64,000 nucleotides of DNA from Halanaerobiales bacterium. GTDB taxonomy: Bacteria; Bacillota; Halanaerobiia; DY22613. The DNA is taken from contig DAOVRZ010000016.1 in assembly GCA_030627905.1 (NCBI GenBank), positions 1,897 to 65,896 of the forward strand. Direction: 5' to 3'. Numbering within the stretch: the stretch's first letter is position 1; every line of letters starts with the position of its first letter. The translations under genes were made by a program, and so were the position numbers. The notes under the pieces are model-generated. The model saw nothing but the letters and a program-made list of their open reading frames with translations. It had not been told where the DNA came from and did not search any database. Below are positions 11,922 to 21,764 of the stretch, in pieces.

Positions 11922-13814
11922 TTGGAGAAGTCAATCTTTACATATCCAACTTCTTATGATGTGATTATTATTGGGGCTGGACATGCTGGATGCGAAGCAG
12001 GCCTTGCATCCGCAAGAATGGGGATGAAAACGTTAGTTTTAACAATCAGTCTTGATCATGTGGCTTTTATGCCATGTAATCCTTCTATTGGTGGTCCTGC
12101 AAAAGCTCATATTGTTCGTGAGATTGATGCTTTGGGTGGTGAGATGGGTAAAAATATTGATGCTACCTCTATTCAAATCCGAATGCTAAATACTCGAAAA
12201 GGGCCAGCCGTTCATTCATTGCGAGCTCAAGCAGATAAAATAGAATATCATCGTCGAATGAAACAGGTATTAGAGAATACTCAAAATTTAGATTTGAAAC
12301 AAGCGGTTGTTGAAGATCTAGTCATAGAGAATGAGGAAGTGAAAGGTGTTATAACCAGGACTGGAGTTTATTTCCCAGGAAATAAAGTAATTTTAACCTC
12401 AGGTACTTTTTTAAGAGGGAAGATTATTATTGGTGAAGCTACTTTTGTATCTGGTCCAAACTTACAATATCCAGCTAATGAACTATCTCATTCTTTAAAA
12501 GAGTATGGAATTCGTCTTAGAAGATTTAAAACGGGAACCCCTCCAAGAGTGGATGGAAAAACTTTAGATTTTGATAAAATGGAGATTCAAGAGGGAGACC
12601 TAGATTTAAAGTTTTCGTTTAATTCACCAGAACTAGAAATGCAATCAATTCCTTGTTGGTTGACTTATACAAATAATTATACTCATGATGTTATTCATGG
12701 GAATATGGATCGTGCCCCTTTATTTTGTGGAGATATTGAAGGGACTGGGCCAAGGTATTGTCCTTCTATTGAGGATAAAGTAACACGTTTTCCTGACAAA
12801 GAGAGACATCAGGTTTTTTTAGAACCCGAAAGTTTATCGACAAATGAATATTATGTTGCAGGTCTTTCTACGAGTTTACCCTATGATGTTCAATTGGGCT
12901 ATCTTAGAACAATTCCAGGGATGGAAAATGTAGAAATAGCAAGACCTGGCTATGCAATTGAGTACGATTGTCTGGATCCTACTCAATTGAAACCGACGTT
13001 GGAAACTAAAGTTCTTAAAGGGCTATACACTGCTGGACAGGTTAATGGAACTTCTGGATATGAAGAAGCTGCTGGGCAGGGATTAATGGCTGGCATTAAC
13101 GCTGTTTTGGCTATTTGCGGTGATGAACCTCTAGTATTGAAACGTTCAGAAGCTTACTTGGGAGTATTAATCGATGATTTAGTGACAAAAGGAACCAATG
13201 AACCATATCGAATGCTCACTTCACGTGCAGAATATCGATTGATATTACGCCAAGATAATGCAGATCTTCGTTTGTCTGAGATTGGATTCCAAATTGGACT
13301 GCTAAAAGAAGAAGAATACCAAAAATACCTCACTAAACGAGAAGAGATTCAAAAAGGTCTAGAATATCTAAGTCAGGTTAGAATTAATCCAACGAATGAA
13401 GTAAAAGCAATTTTAGCTGAAATGGAAAGTGGTAAGCTACAAAAACCTGTTTCATTGGTTGATATTTTCCGCCGACCTGAACTTAGCTATGATGATTTAC
13501 GCAAACTAGATCCCAATTTATTAGATTTACCAAAAGTTGTGAAGGAACAATTAGAAATTGAGATAAAATATGAGGGATATATAAATAGGCAAATGAGTCA
13601 AATTCAAGCTTTTAAAAAGATGGAAGATAAAATATTACCAGTGGATACGGATTATGTGAATATGGTGAATATGAGAAAAGAGGCAAGAGAGAAGCTAGAT
13701 AATATTAAACCTCACTCATTAGGTCAAGCTTCTCGAATCTCTGGTGTATCTCCTGCAGATATTTCAGTATTAATGATTTATCTTGAAAAAATCGAAAAAG
13801 AAAAAACAAAATAA
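11922..13814 (+). CDS. mnmG: tRNA uridine 5-carboxymethylaminomethyl modification enzyme MnmG (GidA)
   Basis: FAD motif [15 protein letters not shown]. The ORF-track start (GTG 11853) lies inside the repeat element. A TTG at 11922 (after GAAAGGA) or GTG at 11892 is more plausible. The end is firm. Confidence 0.93.
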   Translation: MEKSIFTYPTSYDVIIIGAGHAGCEAGLASARMGMKTLVLTISLDHVAFMPCNPSIGGPAKAHIVREIDALGGEMGKNIDATSIQIRMLNTRKGPAVHSLRAQADKIEYHRRMKQVLENTQNLDLKQAVVEDLVIENEEVKGVITRTGVYFPGNKVILTSGTFLRGKIIIGEATFVSGPNLQYPANELSHSLKEYGIRLRRFKTGTPPRVDGKTLDFDKMEIQEGDLDLKFSFNSPELEMQSIPCWLTYTNNYTHDVIHGNMDRAPLFCGDIEGTGPRYCPSIEDKVTRFPDKERHQVFLEPESLSTNEYYVAGLSTSLPYDVQLGYLRTIPGMENVEIARPGYAIEYDCLDPTQLKPTLETKVLKGLYTAGQVNGTSGYEEAAGQGLMAGINAVLAICGDEPLVLKRSEAYLGVLIDDLVTKGTNEPYRMLTSRAEYRLILRQDNADLRLSEIGFQIGLLKEEEYQKYLTKREEIQKGLEYLSQVRINPTNEVKAILAEMESGKLQKPVSLVDIFRRPELSYDDLRKLDPNLLDLPKVVKEQLEIEIKYEGYINRQMSQIQAFKKMEDKILPVDTDYVNMVNMRKEAREKLDNIKPHSLGQASRISGVSPADISVLMIYLEKIEKEKTK

Positions 13815-13827
13815 TTTCCCGGGAAAT
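13814..13827. other. Noc-binding site (NBS) palindrome
   Basis: ATTTCCCGGGAAAT matches the B. subtilis NBS consensus exactly. It fills the mnmG-rsmG spacer. Confidence 0.7.
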
Positions 13828-13829
13828 AG

Positions 13830-14564
13830 GTGATGGAAGTGAATGATAATAGAGAAATTTTAATTTCTGGAATTAATGAACTTGGAGTACAAATTGATTC
13901 GAATCAATTGGATAGTTTTGATAAATTTATGTTTTTAATGCTAGAATGGAATGAAAAAATAAACTTAACAGCCATCACTGATTCAAAGAGTATTTTAGTA
14001 AAACATTTTATGGATTCTATTACGCCATTACTTTTCATCAACAAATATAATCTTGATTTTAGTTCTATTCTTGATATGGGGACAGGTGCTGGTTTCCCTG
14101 GCATACCTTTAAAAATAATATTGCCAGATACTTCGTTAGTATTAGTTGATTCTCTAAAAAAACGAATTAATTATTTAGAAGTTATTATTGATGAGTTGAA
14201 TCTTGAAAATGTCAGTACTGTGCACGGTCGTGCAGAAGAAGTTGGCCAAGATCAAACTTTACGCCAAAATTCTACAATTGTATTGTCTAGAGCAGTCGCT
14301 TCTATGAAGGTTCTTGCTGAGTATTGTTTACCTTTGGTAAAAGTTGGTGGATATTTTTTAGCCTTTAAGGGACCTGGAGTAAAAGAAGAACTAAATGATG
14401 CTAAAAATGCTTTTAAAATTTTGGGTGGGGAAATAATTGGTGTTGAAAATTTACAACTTCCACTTATTAATGACCCAAGGACTTTAGTTTTTGTAAAGAA
14501 AATCAAAGCCACTCCAAATAAATATCCACGTCGCCCTGGAATACCTAAAAAGGCTCCTCTTTAA
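13830..14564 (+). CDS. rsmG: 16S rRNA (guanine527-N7)-methyltransferase RsmG (GidB)
   Basis: 244-aa ORF with SAM motif ILDMGTGAGFPGIPLKI. Synteny mnmE-mnmG-rsmG. Confidence 0.95.
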   Translation: MMEVNDNREILISGINELGVQIDSNQLDSFDKFMFLMLEWNEKINLTAITDSKSILVKHFMDSITPLLFINKYNLDFSSILDMGTGAGFPGIPLKIILPDTSLVLVDSLKKRINYLEVIIDELNLENVSTVHGRAEEVGQDQTLRQNSTIVLSRAVASMKVLAEYCLPLVKVGGYFLAFKGPGVKEELNDAKNAFKILGGEIIGVENLQLPLINDPRTLVFVKKIKATPNKYPRRPGIPKKAPL

Positions 14565-14571
14565 AATAACC

Positions 14572-14640
14572 AAAAAAGGATGGCAAATAACGTTCCTCGG
14601 AAACATCCGTGATGCGACTTATATCTGCTATCCTTTTTTT
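14572..14640 (+). terminator. Long-loop hairpin with T-tract downstream of rsmG
   Basis: aaaaaaggatggca ... tgctatccttttttt. Resembles the hairpin at 24245-24320. Confidence 0.5.
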
Positions 14641-14646
14641 AGTTTT

Positions 14647-14761
14647 GTCTTTTGAGATAAGACCCCCACTTCTATAAGTGGGGGGAATTGTTTTTAATCT
14701 TCAGTAGGGGTAGAATCCCCTACTGAAGCCCCAATGTTCAGCTTTAGCTGGACGAGTTCAC
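14647..14761 (-). repeat. Family-1 intergenic repeat, copy 3
   Basis: Same 115-bp element, inverted relative to copies 2, 4 and 5. Confidence 0.9.
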
Positions 14762-14868
14762 TAGAGAATTCGGTATATTTGAAAATTCCATTTTAAAAGA
14801 AGAAGGAACTGAATCAATTTTGACGAAATTATTTCTTTGAAGAAGAAAAAAGGGGGTTAACCTTTTAT

Positions 14869-15669
14869 ATGTTATCACCATTTATGAAAAAAGAAGATCG
14901 AATTAAATATGTCGATATTGAAAAGATTCTCCCTAATCGTTATCAACCACGAATAGTCTTTAATGAGACCGACTTAGAAGAGCTAGCTCAATCTATACGA
15001 GAACATGGAATTATTCAGCCATTAACTGTTCGCAAGTTTGAAGATGGGTTTGAATTGATAGTTGGTGAAAGACGATTACGAGCTAGTAAAATTGTTGGTT
15101 TGGAACAGGTACCTGTCATTATCAAAGATTTTGATGATGAAGAGAGTGCTGCGATAGCGTTAGTAGAGAATCTTCAGAGAAAAGATCTTGATTTTATTGA
15201 AGAAGCTTTCGGATTTTCTAAATTAATTGACCAATTTGGGATGACCCAACAAGAACTTGCACAAAAAGTGGGAAAAAGCCAATCTACTGTCGCCAATAAA
15301 CTTCGCCTTCTAAAATTACCTAAAGATATTCACAAAACTTTGCTTGAAAATAAGTTGACAGAAAGACACGCTAGAGCTCTACTTAAGTTGGAAAATGAAG
15401 AAGAACAGCGATTTGTGTTGAAAAATATCATAGAAAGAGATATGAATGTTCGAGATACCGAAATTCTTATCGAAAGTATAAAAAATGGTCCGAAGGATGA
15501 AAAGAAAAAGTCAGTTATTCGAGTGTTTAAAGATTTACGTCTTTATACTAACACTTTATGGGCTACTATAAAACAGTTAAAGCAAGGAGGTTTAGATATC
15601 AAAGTACAGGAGATTGAGAATGATGAGTTTATCGAATTTAAGATTAGATTACCAAAAAATAAAGAATGA
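14869..15669 (+). CDS. noc: Nucleoid occlusion protein Noc (ParB paralogue)
   Basis: ParB-like N-terminal domain (GIIQPLTVRK...VGERRLRASK). The HTH reads GKSQSTVANKLRLLKLP, the Noc-type signature. Sits upstream of soj-spo0J. Confidence 0.85.
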   Translation: MLSPFMKKEDRIKYVDIEKILPNRYQPRIVFNETDLEELAQSIREHGIIQPLTVRKFEDGFELIVGERRLRASKIVGLEQVPVIIKDFDDEESAAIALVENLQRKDLDFIEEAFGFSKLIDQFGMTQQELAQKVGKSQSTVANKLRLLKLPKDIHKTLLENKLTERHARALLKLENEEEQRFVLKNIIERDMNVRDTEILIESIKNGPKDEKKKSVIRVFKDLRLYTNTLWATIKQLKQGGLDIKVQEIENDEFIEFKIRLPKNKE

Positions 15670-15682
15670 AGGGGTGAAGTAA

Positions 15683-16444
15683 ATGGCAAAGACTTTATCG
15701 ATTGTGAATCAGAAAGGTGGGGTTGGAAAAAGTACAACTGCTGTGAATTTGGGTGCTTGTCTTGCTAAGCTCAATCATAAGGTTCTTTTAGTAGACATCG
15801 ATCCTCAAGGTAATGCTAGCAGTGGAGTGGGAATAGATAAATCTTCTTTAGAATTTTGTATCTATGATGTTTTGGTTCATGACATTGATGTGACTGATGT
15901 CATTACTAAATCCAGTACAGAAAATTTAAGTATTATTCCTGCTACGATAGATCTAGCCGGTGCAGAGATTGAACTTGTTTCTATTTTTTCTCGGGAGTCT
16001 AGACTAAAGATGGCTTTGAGTAAAGTAAAAGATAATTTTGATTATATTCTAATAGATTGTCCTCCTTCATTAGGTTTACTTACTTTAAATGCATTGACTG
16101 CTTCAGATTTTGTACTTGTTCCTATACAGTGTGAATATTACGCCCTTGAAGGGCTAGGACAATTAATGCGTACTATTCAGCTTGTTCAAAAACATTTAAA
16201 TCCAACATTAGAGATTGATGGTGTTGTTCTCACTATGTTTGATGCCAGAACTAACTTAGCTCAACAAGTTATTGATGAAGTGAAAAATCACTTTCAAGAT
16301 TCTGTATATCAAACAATTATTCCTCGCAATGTACGTTTGAGTGAAGCCCCTAGTTTTGGTGAACCTATTATCTCGTATGATCCAAACTCACGAGGTGCTA
16401 AAGCTTATATGAGTCTTGCTAAGGAAGTGATTGGTAATGAGTAA
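15683..16444 (+). CDS. soj: ParA family chromosome partitioning ATPase Soj
   Basis: Deviant Walker A NQKGGVGKSTTAVNL. 253 aa. Confidence 0.95.
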   Translation: MAKTLSIVNQKGGVGKSTTAVNLGACLAKLNHKVLLVDIDPQGNASSGVGIDKSSLEFCIYDVLVHDIDVTDVITKSSTENLSIIPATIDLAGAEIELVSIFSRESRLKMALSKVKDNFDYILIDCPPSLGLLTLNALTASDFVLVPIQCEYYALEGLGQLMRTIQLVQKHLNPTLEIDGVVLTMFDARTNLAQQVIDEVKNHFQDSVYQTIIPRNVRLSEAPSFGEPIISYDPNSRGAKAYMSLAKEVIGNE

Positions 16445-17306
16445 AAAAAGATTGGGGAAAGGATTGGGTGCCTTACTCCCCAATGATGATGCAACAGTTG
16501 CTCCACAGGATTCACAGTCTAGAGTTATTGAAATAAATATTGATCAAATTGAAGCAAATCCTTATCAACCCAGAAAACAATTTGATTCAGAGTTATTAAA
16601 AGAACTTAGTGAGTCAATAAAAAAACATGGGTTAATTCAACCTATTAGTGTTAGGAAAATTGAAAAAGGTTTTCAGTTAATTACAGGTGAAAGACGTTTA
16701 CGAGCTTCTAAAATTGCTGGGCTTTCTACTATCTCTGCAATTGAAATGGATTTAAATGATAAGCAGATGATGGAATATGCTTTGATTGAAAATATTCAAA
16801 GGGATGACTTAAATCCAATTGAAGAAGCTATTGCTTATAAAAAGTTGATGAAACTGTTTGGATTAACACAAGAAGAGGTTTCAAATTGTGTTAGTAAGAG
16901 CAGGTCTTCAATAGCTAACACTATTCGCTTGTTAAATCTTCCAAACGAAATTCAAGATAGTGTTTCACGTGAAACAATTTCGATGGGACATGCTCGAGCT
17001 TTACTTGGACTAATCGATAAAGATGAGATGCTGAAAGTTTGGCAAAAATGCATCAATGAAGAATTAACTGTTCGACAACTAGAAGGATATATTAAAATAT
17101 TAAAGTTAGACAAGCAATCGAAAAACAAAATAAAGGAGACTGAAGAAGAACCAAACGAAGAGGTGTTAGTAATTGAAAAAAAATTAAAGGAAAGATTGGG
17201 ATCGAAAGTAACAATAAGTACGAATAGAAAAAATAGTAGTATTACAATTGAATGTTTTGATAAAAATAGATTAAAGAAGTTAATTCAGATATTAGAGAAA
17301 ATTTGA
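16431..17306 (+). CDS. spo0J: Chromosome partitioning protein ParB/Spo0J
   Basis: ParB box GLIQPISVRK...TGERRLRASK. The HTH reads SKSRSSIANTIRLLNLP (ParB-type). Contains an internal parS site. Confidence 0.95.
   Translation: MVMSKKRLGKGLGALLPNDDATVAPQDSQSRVIEINIDQIEANPYQPRKQFDSELLKELSESIKKHGLIQPISVRKIEKGFQLITGERRLRASKIAGLSTISAIEMDLNDKQMMEYALIENIQRDDLNPIEEAIAYKKLMKLFGLTQEEVSNCVSKSRSSIANTIRLLNLPNEIQDSVSRETISMGHARALLGLIDKDEMLKVWQKCINEELTVRQLEGYIKILKLDKQSKNKIKETEEEPNEEVLVIEKKLKERLGSKVTISTNRKNSSITIECFDKNRLKKLIQILEKI
16961..16976. other. parS site (inside spo0J)
   Basis: TGTTTCACGTGAAACA, a perfect 16-bp parS palindrome. Confidence 0.85.
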
Positions 17307-17311
17307 ATGAA

Positions 17312-17327
17312 TGTTCCACGTGAAACA
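17312..17327. other. parS site (immediately after the spo0J stop, overlapping its terminator hairpin)
   Basis: TGTTCCACGTGAAACA matches the parS consensus. Followed by ...acgtggattcttttttt. Confidence 0.85.
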
Positions 17328-17495
17328 CTGAAACGTGGATTCTTTTTTTGCAAAAAAAGTACATAATATTTAAAATTCCGAGAGTAAAAGGTTGATGGAG
17401 GAAAAAGATTATTTTTGGGAGAATAAATAAATATAGATAAAGTGAAAAAAGCAAAATCAAAAGTTGAGTATAAGATAAAAAAAGGAGGTAGTTCA

Positions 17496-18644
17496 ATGAT
17501 TTATTTAGATAATGCTGCTACATCTTGGCCAAAACCTGAAGAAGTTTATAAAACGATGGATCGCTTTTTTCGTGAATATGGGGCAAATCCAGGAAGAGCG
17601 GGGCATCAGATGGCAGCACATGCTGGAAAAAAAGTTTACGAAGTGAGAGAAAAACTTGCAGAGTTTTTTGGAGTTGCCGATTCTTCAGAAATAGTTTTTA
17701 CTTCAAATGCGACTCATGCATTAAATTTAGGTATTTTAGGAATAATAGAAAAAGGTGATCATGTTATTTCTTCAACACTTGAACATAATTCGGTAAGTCG
17801 TCCATTAAAAGAATTAGAGCGTTCTGGAGTTATAGAACTTGATTGGATTGGGCTTACTGAGGAAGGAAATTTTGATTATAATGCTTTAGAAAAAAGAATT
17901 AAGGATAACACCAAATTAGTTGTGATTACTCATGGGTCAAATGTAACAGGACATTTGATTGACTTAAATAAAGTAAGTACCTTGTTAAAGAAAAAAGGAG
18001 TATTATTTATGGTTGATGCTGCACAGACAGCGGGAGTTTTTCCAATCAATGTGTCAAAATTAAATATAGATTTGATGGCATTTCCAGGACATAAGTCTCT
18101 TTATGGACCTCCGGGAACTGGTGGATTATATATTCGAAAAGATTTAAATATAAAATCGATCTTCGCTGGGGGAACAGGAAGCAAATCAGAAGAACTTTAT
18201 CAACCAGAAGTATGGCCAGACAAATTTGAAAGTGGTACTGTGAACAGTGTAGGAATAGTGGGACTAGGTGAGGGAGTGGAATTTGTAAAAGAAAAAGGAA
18301 TAGATCAGATTCGAGAACATGAGTTGAAGTTAACTAGCAACTTTATGGAAGGATTATTGTCAATAAAGAATGTTAAACTCTATGGCCCGAAAATTGATAA
18401 AGTAAGGACTCCTGTAGTGTCGTTTAATATTGGTGAAGAAAGTTCATCTGAAATTGGATACATTCTAGATCAAGCATTCGATATCGCCGTAAGAAGTGGT
18501 CTTCATTGTTCACCATTAGCTCATCATACAATTGGAACACTTGAACAAGGGACTATAAGAGCAAGTTTTGGATATTTTAATACGTTCGAGCATGTAGAAA
18601 TTGCATTGGATGTAATTCATAAAATAGCAAAGGAAGCCGATTAA
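17496..18644 (+). CDS. Class V aminotransferase / cysteine desulfurase family protein
   Basis: MIYLDNAATSWPKP start after AAAGGAGG. The PLP-lysine region reads AFPGHKSLYGPPGTGGL. The ORF-track start at 17442 is probably too early. Confidence 0.85.
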   Translation: MIYLDNAATSWPKPEEVYKTMDRFFREYGANPGRAGHQMAAHAGKKVYEVREKLAEFFGVADSSEIVFTSNATHALNLGILGIIEKGDHVISSTLEHNSVSRPLKELERSGVIELDWIGLTEEGNFDYNALEKRIKDNTKLVVITHGSNVTGHLIDLNKVSTLLKKKGVLFMVDAAQTAGVFPINVSKLNIDLMAFPGHKSLYGPPGTGGLYIRKDLNIKSIFAGGTGSKSEELYQPEVWPDKFESGTVNSVGIVGLGEGVEFVKEKGIDQIREHELKLTSNFMEGLLSIKNVKLYGPKIDKVRTPVVSFNIGEESSSEIGYILDQAFDIAVRSGLHCSPLAHHTIGTLEQGTIRASFGYFNTFEHVEIALDVIHKIAKEAD

Positions 18645-18764
18645 TCACTTTAAACCTCATTGTAATAGTTTTTTCTAGAACCTTGGAATTGACACAGATA
18701 ACTTTTTCTAATACAATAAAAATGGAAGTTAATATAAATTTGTATTATATGAGGAGGACAGGCG

Positions 18765-18950
18765 GTGAGGAAAAAAGATAGAGAAAAACTGAAAGGGGAA
18801 ATTGAACAACTTCGTTTTGAACTTTGCCAAATGGCAGAGGAATCAGAAGATGAGATATTACTAATTAGTCAAAAATTAGATCAACTTATCTTACAGTGGA
18901 TGCAATTACAAAAAGAAGAATGTGTAAGAAAAAAAGCATGCAATTTGTGA
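18765..18950 (+). CDS. Spo0E-like aspartyl-phosphate phosphatase family protein
   Basis: 61-aa helical ORF with LISQKLDQLILQ, resembling the Spo0E SQELDxLI signature. Confidence 0.6.
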   Translation: MRKKDREKLKGEIEQLRFELCQMAEESEDEILLISQKLDQLILQWMQLQKEECVRKKACNL

Positions 18951-19012
18951 GGACAGTGTGTGCTTGACATGGAGGAAAAAAAAATATAAACTAAAAGAGG
19001 GAAATTATATGG

Positions 19013-19040
19013 AAACCGTTGAACGGTTTCTTTTTCTTTG
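19013..19040 (+). terminator. Rho-independent terminator
   Basis: gaaaccgt tga acggtttc followed by a T-tract. Confidence 0.7.
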
Positions 19041-19076
19041 AAAATTTGAATCAATAGGATAGAGAGGAAGATTTTC

Positions 19077-19754
19077 ATGCAAATTTTAATTGTTGGGGGA
19101 GGTAAAGCAGGTCGCTTTTTAATTAAGGAGTTTCTTCAAAAAGGTTATACTGTAACACTAGTGGAGCAAGATATAAATAAATGCTTAATGATCGAAGAAA
19201 AATATGGAATTCATATAGTAAATGGCGACGGTTCAGAACCTAAAATTCTAGAAAAAGCTGGAATTGAAGATGCTAATGTAGTTTTAGCGGTAACTGAAGA
19301 TGATCAGGATAACTTGGTAATCTGTCAATTAGCAGAGAGACAATTTAATGTATCTCGTACTTTTGCCACTGTAAATACACCTGGGAATGAAAATTTATTT
19401 GAATGGTTAGGAGTAAATGTGGCAGTTAGTAGTACATCTATTTTAGCAGCTCTTGTAGATCAGAAAGTAACTATGAAAGATATTACAGGAATGTTTAAAT
19501 TGCCAAAACATGATTTAATGATTGTAGAAGTAACAATCAACTCAAATTCTCCAGTGATATCTAAGATGGTAAAAGATATTAATCTTCCTAGTGAAACGAT
19601 TTTAGTGACTATTTTGCGAGGTAATACAGCCTTAGTTCCACGTGGAAAAACCATTATTGAAGAAAATGATAAGATTTTAGCTTTAACCCATCCTCATGAA
19701 GAAGCCGAATTGAGGAAATGCTTAAATGAGCGTTGCCTGGAAGGAATTGATTAA
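19077..19754 (+). CDS. trkA: TrkA-type potassium transporter NAD-binding subunit
   Basis: TrkA-N Rossmann motif (ILIVGGGKAGRFL) plus a TrkA-C domain. 225 aa. Confidence 0.85.
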   Translation: MQILIVGGGKAGRFLIKEFLQKGYTVTLVEQDINKCLMIEEKYGIHIVNGDGSEPKILEKAGIEDANVVLAVTEDDQDNLVICQLAERQFNVSRTFATVNTPGNENLFEWLGVNVAVSSTSILAALVDQKVTMKDITGMFKLPKHDLMIVEVTINSNSPVISKMVKDINLPSETILVTILRGNTALVPRGKTIIEENDKILALTHPHEEAELRKCLNERCLEGID

Positions 19755-19955
19755 TAATTTAGATAAAAAAAGTCCAATTAGATTATTTATTCGGATAATT
19801 TTTATCCAATTATTTTTTTGTATATGAGAGAAGGATAAAAGGGATTATGGTTATAACCTCTTTTATCTTTCTTTTTTTGTATATTGATGATATAATTAGT
19901 TAGTGTTTAAGTGGATGGATTTACCTTTATGATAATATCAAAACAGGAGAGGTAT

Positions 19956-20642
19956 ATGATTGGAACTATAATAAATGCAGTTGCTATAATTTTAGGTGGG
20001 TTATTAGGAACAATTTTAGGTGATCGTTTTCCTGAAAAAGTTAAAGTTACTGTGGTTCAAGGTTTAGGATTAACCGTTCTTTTGATAGGAATGCAGATGG
20101 CAATTAAATCTGAAAAGATTATAATTGTTATTATCAGCATTGCTGTTGGAGGAATTTTAGGTGAGTGGATTGATATTGAGAAATATCTTATGAAATTAGG
20201 TAATTGGATTGAAAAAAAAGTTAAAACTGTAGGACAAAAAAGAGGAAATGTTGCTGTAGCATTTGTTAGAACGAGTTTGATATATTGTGTTGGAGCTATG
20301 GCAATTATGGGAGCTATCCAAGATGGAATCAATAATGATCCATCTACTTTATTTGCAAAAGCCGTAATTGATGGTGTCACTGCTATAGCTTTTGCTGCGA
20401 CAATGGGCTTTGGAGTTATCTTATCTGCAATTCCAGTGTTTATTTATCAAGGAATTTTGACTATTACAGCAAGTTGGGTTGAGGTTATAATGACTCCTAC
20501 AATTATAACTGAGATGACCGCAACAGGTGGTTTGCTAATTATGGCAATAGGTTTAAATGTAATGGAAGTTATTCAGATCAAAGTTGGAAATCTATTACCA
20601 TCTATTTATATAACGATATTGTTGGTATATTTTTTTGGATAA
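19956..20642 (+). CDS. DUF554 family membrane protein
   Basis: MIGTIINAVAIILGGLLG... polytopic ORF. The ATG at 19956 follows GGAGAGG. Confidence 0.7.
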   Translation: MIGTIINAVAIILGGLLGTILGDRFPEKVKVTVVQGLGLTVLLIGMQMAIKSEKIIIVIISIAVGGILGEWIDIEKYLMKLGNWIEKKVKTVGQKRGNVAVAFVRTSLIYCVGAMAIMGAIQDGINNDPSTLFAKAVIDGVTAIAFAATMGFGVILSAIPVFIYQGILTITASWVEVIMTPTIITEMTATGGLLIMAIGLNVMEVIQIKVGNLLPSIYITILLVYFFG

Positions 20643-20678
20643 TAAAAAAAGGTAATATTTGAGAGGAGGACTTTGTTG

Positions 20679-21008
20679 ATGTGTAAGATTAGTTTTAGTG
20701 AAATAGAAGATGTTCGAAATTTATTAAAAGAGGATTATCTTTGCGAGAACAAAGGTGATCATTGGGTACTCACTTTGGGACGAGGAGAATGCCGAAGTGG
20801 TGGTTATGATATTTTATTAAAAGATATTTCTTTTGAAAATGGAATATTGAAAGCAATTGTAAGTAAAAAGGATCCGAAACCAGGCGCTTTTGTGACCATG
20901 GCTCTTACCTATCCAACTAGACAATATAGTTTTGAAATAACTGAAGTGTTGGTTCAAGTGATTTTTGAGAGTGAATTAGGTAATATTTTAAAAACAATTA
21001 ACATATAA
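20679..21008 (+). CDS. PrcB-C-like (protease complex subunit PrcB family) protein
   Basis: GECRSGGYDILLKDISFENGILKA resembles the PrcB C-terminal domain. Assigned from recall only. Confidence 0.45.
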   Translation: MCKISFSEIEDVRNLLKEDYLCENKGDHWVLTLGRGECRSGGYDILLKDISFENGILKAIVSKKDPKPGAFVTMALTYPTRQYSFEITEVLVQVIFESELGNILKTINI

Positions 21009-21045
21009 TTTACAGTGTATGCAAAATTAGAACACATATTCGAAG

Positions 21046-21110
21046 TTATCCACAACTACATGTGGATACTGTGGATTAATAGGCCACAATATATTGTGGC
21101 GTAAGTGGAT
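21046..21110. other. Origin-distal DnaA-box cluster
   Basis: TTATCCACA at 21046-21054 (perfect). TGTGGATAC at 21061-21069 and TGTGGATTA at 21070-21078 (one mismatch each). Three weaker boxes lie within the next 35 bp. Confidence 0.65.
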
Positions 21111-21155
21111 TATGAAAGAATATTTGGTGCGAAATAGTTTAAGGAGGAAGTATAG

Positions 21156-21650
21156 ATGAAATTAGATTTTATACCAGTGGATCAAACTCTCCCTTTTCTT
21201 ATTCAAACATTACTGATAGTAGTTCTTGCTATAGTGATAATTGTAACTTTCCTTAGAACTTCTAAATTAACAAAAATTATAAAAAAAGTTACACACAATC
21301 AAGATGGAATGAGTATAGAAGCGATTATTCATCAATATTACAGTAAAATTGATTCTATTCAAAAAAATCAACAGGAAATAATGAAAGAGCAAGCTCAAAT
21401 TGTTGAAATTCTAAAAAATTGTTTTTCAAAATCAGGAATAGTTCGATTTAACCCCTTTGATCAAGTGGGTGGAGATCAAAGTTTTGTCATAGCTCTTCTA
21501 GATCAAGAAGGTAATGGAATTGTCATGAGTAGTTTGTATGGTCGGAATCAATCACGTTTTTATGGAAAACCAATTGTGAATGGGAAATCCAGTTACACTC
21601 TTTCAGATGAAGAAAAGAAAGCAATTCAACAAGCACTTAAGAGTAATTGA
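21156..21650 (+). CDS. DUF4446 family protein
   Basis: N-terminal TM helix, then GIVRFNPFDQVGGDQSFVIALLDQEGNGIVMSSLYGR, typical of the DUF4446 proteins found near parB in Firmicutes. Confidence 0.7.
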   Translation: MKLDFIPVDQTLPFLIQTLLIVVLAIVIIVTFLRTSKLTKIIKKVTHNQDGMSIEAIIHQYYSKIDSIQKNQQEIMKEQAQIVEILKNCFSKSGIVRFNPFDQVGGDQSFVIALLDQEGNGIVMSSLYGRNQSRFYGKPIVNGKSSYTLSDEEKKAIQQALKSN

Positions 21651-21764
21651 CGCGCGCGTAGGACTTTTTAACTCAATTATTTAATACTTAAAATTATGTG
21701 GAAAAGAATGCAGGAAATCTTTGTCTTAATATCGAATTCACTACAAATCAACTAATTAAGTGAG

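Noticed and set aside
17242-17496. 84-aa minus-strand ORF and the long 5' extension of the aminotransferase ORF (17442-17495)
   Set aside because: Both fall in an AT-rich intergenic region with low-complexity translation. A strong SD (AAAGGAGG) precedes the ATG at 17496, which gives the conserved MIYLDNAATS start.
18881-19078. 65-aa minus-strand ORF
   Set aside because: It overlaps the 3' end of the Spo0E-like gene and its terminator on the opposite strand. There is no RBS.
21648-21662. GACGCGCGCGTAGG GC-rich island (possible Z-DNA or a restriction-type site)
   Set aside because: It is a single short occurrence right after a stop codon. There is nothing to support a function.
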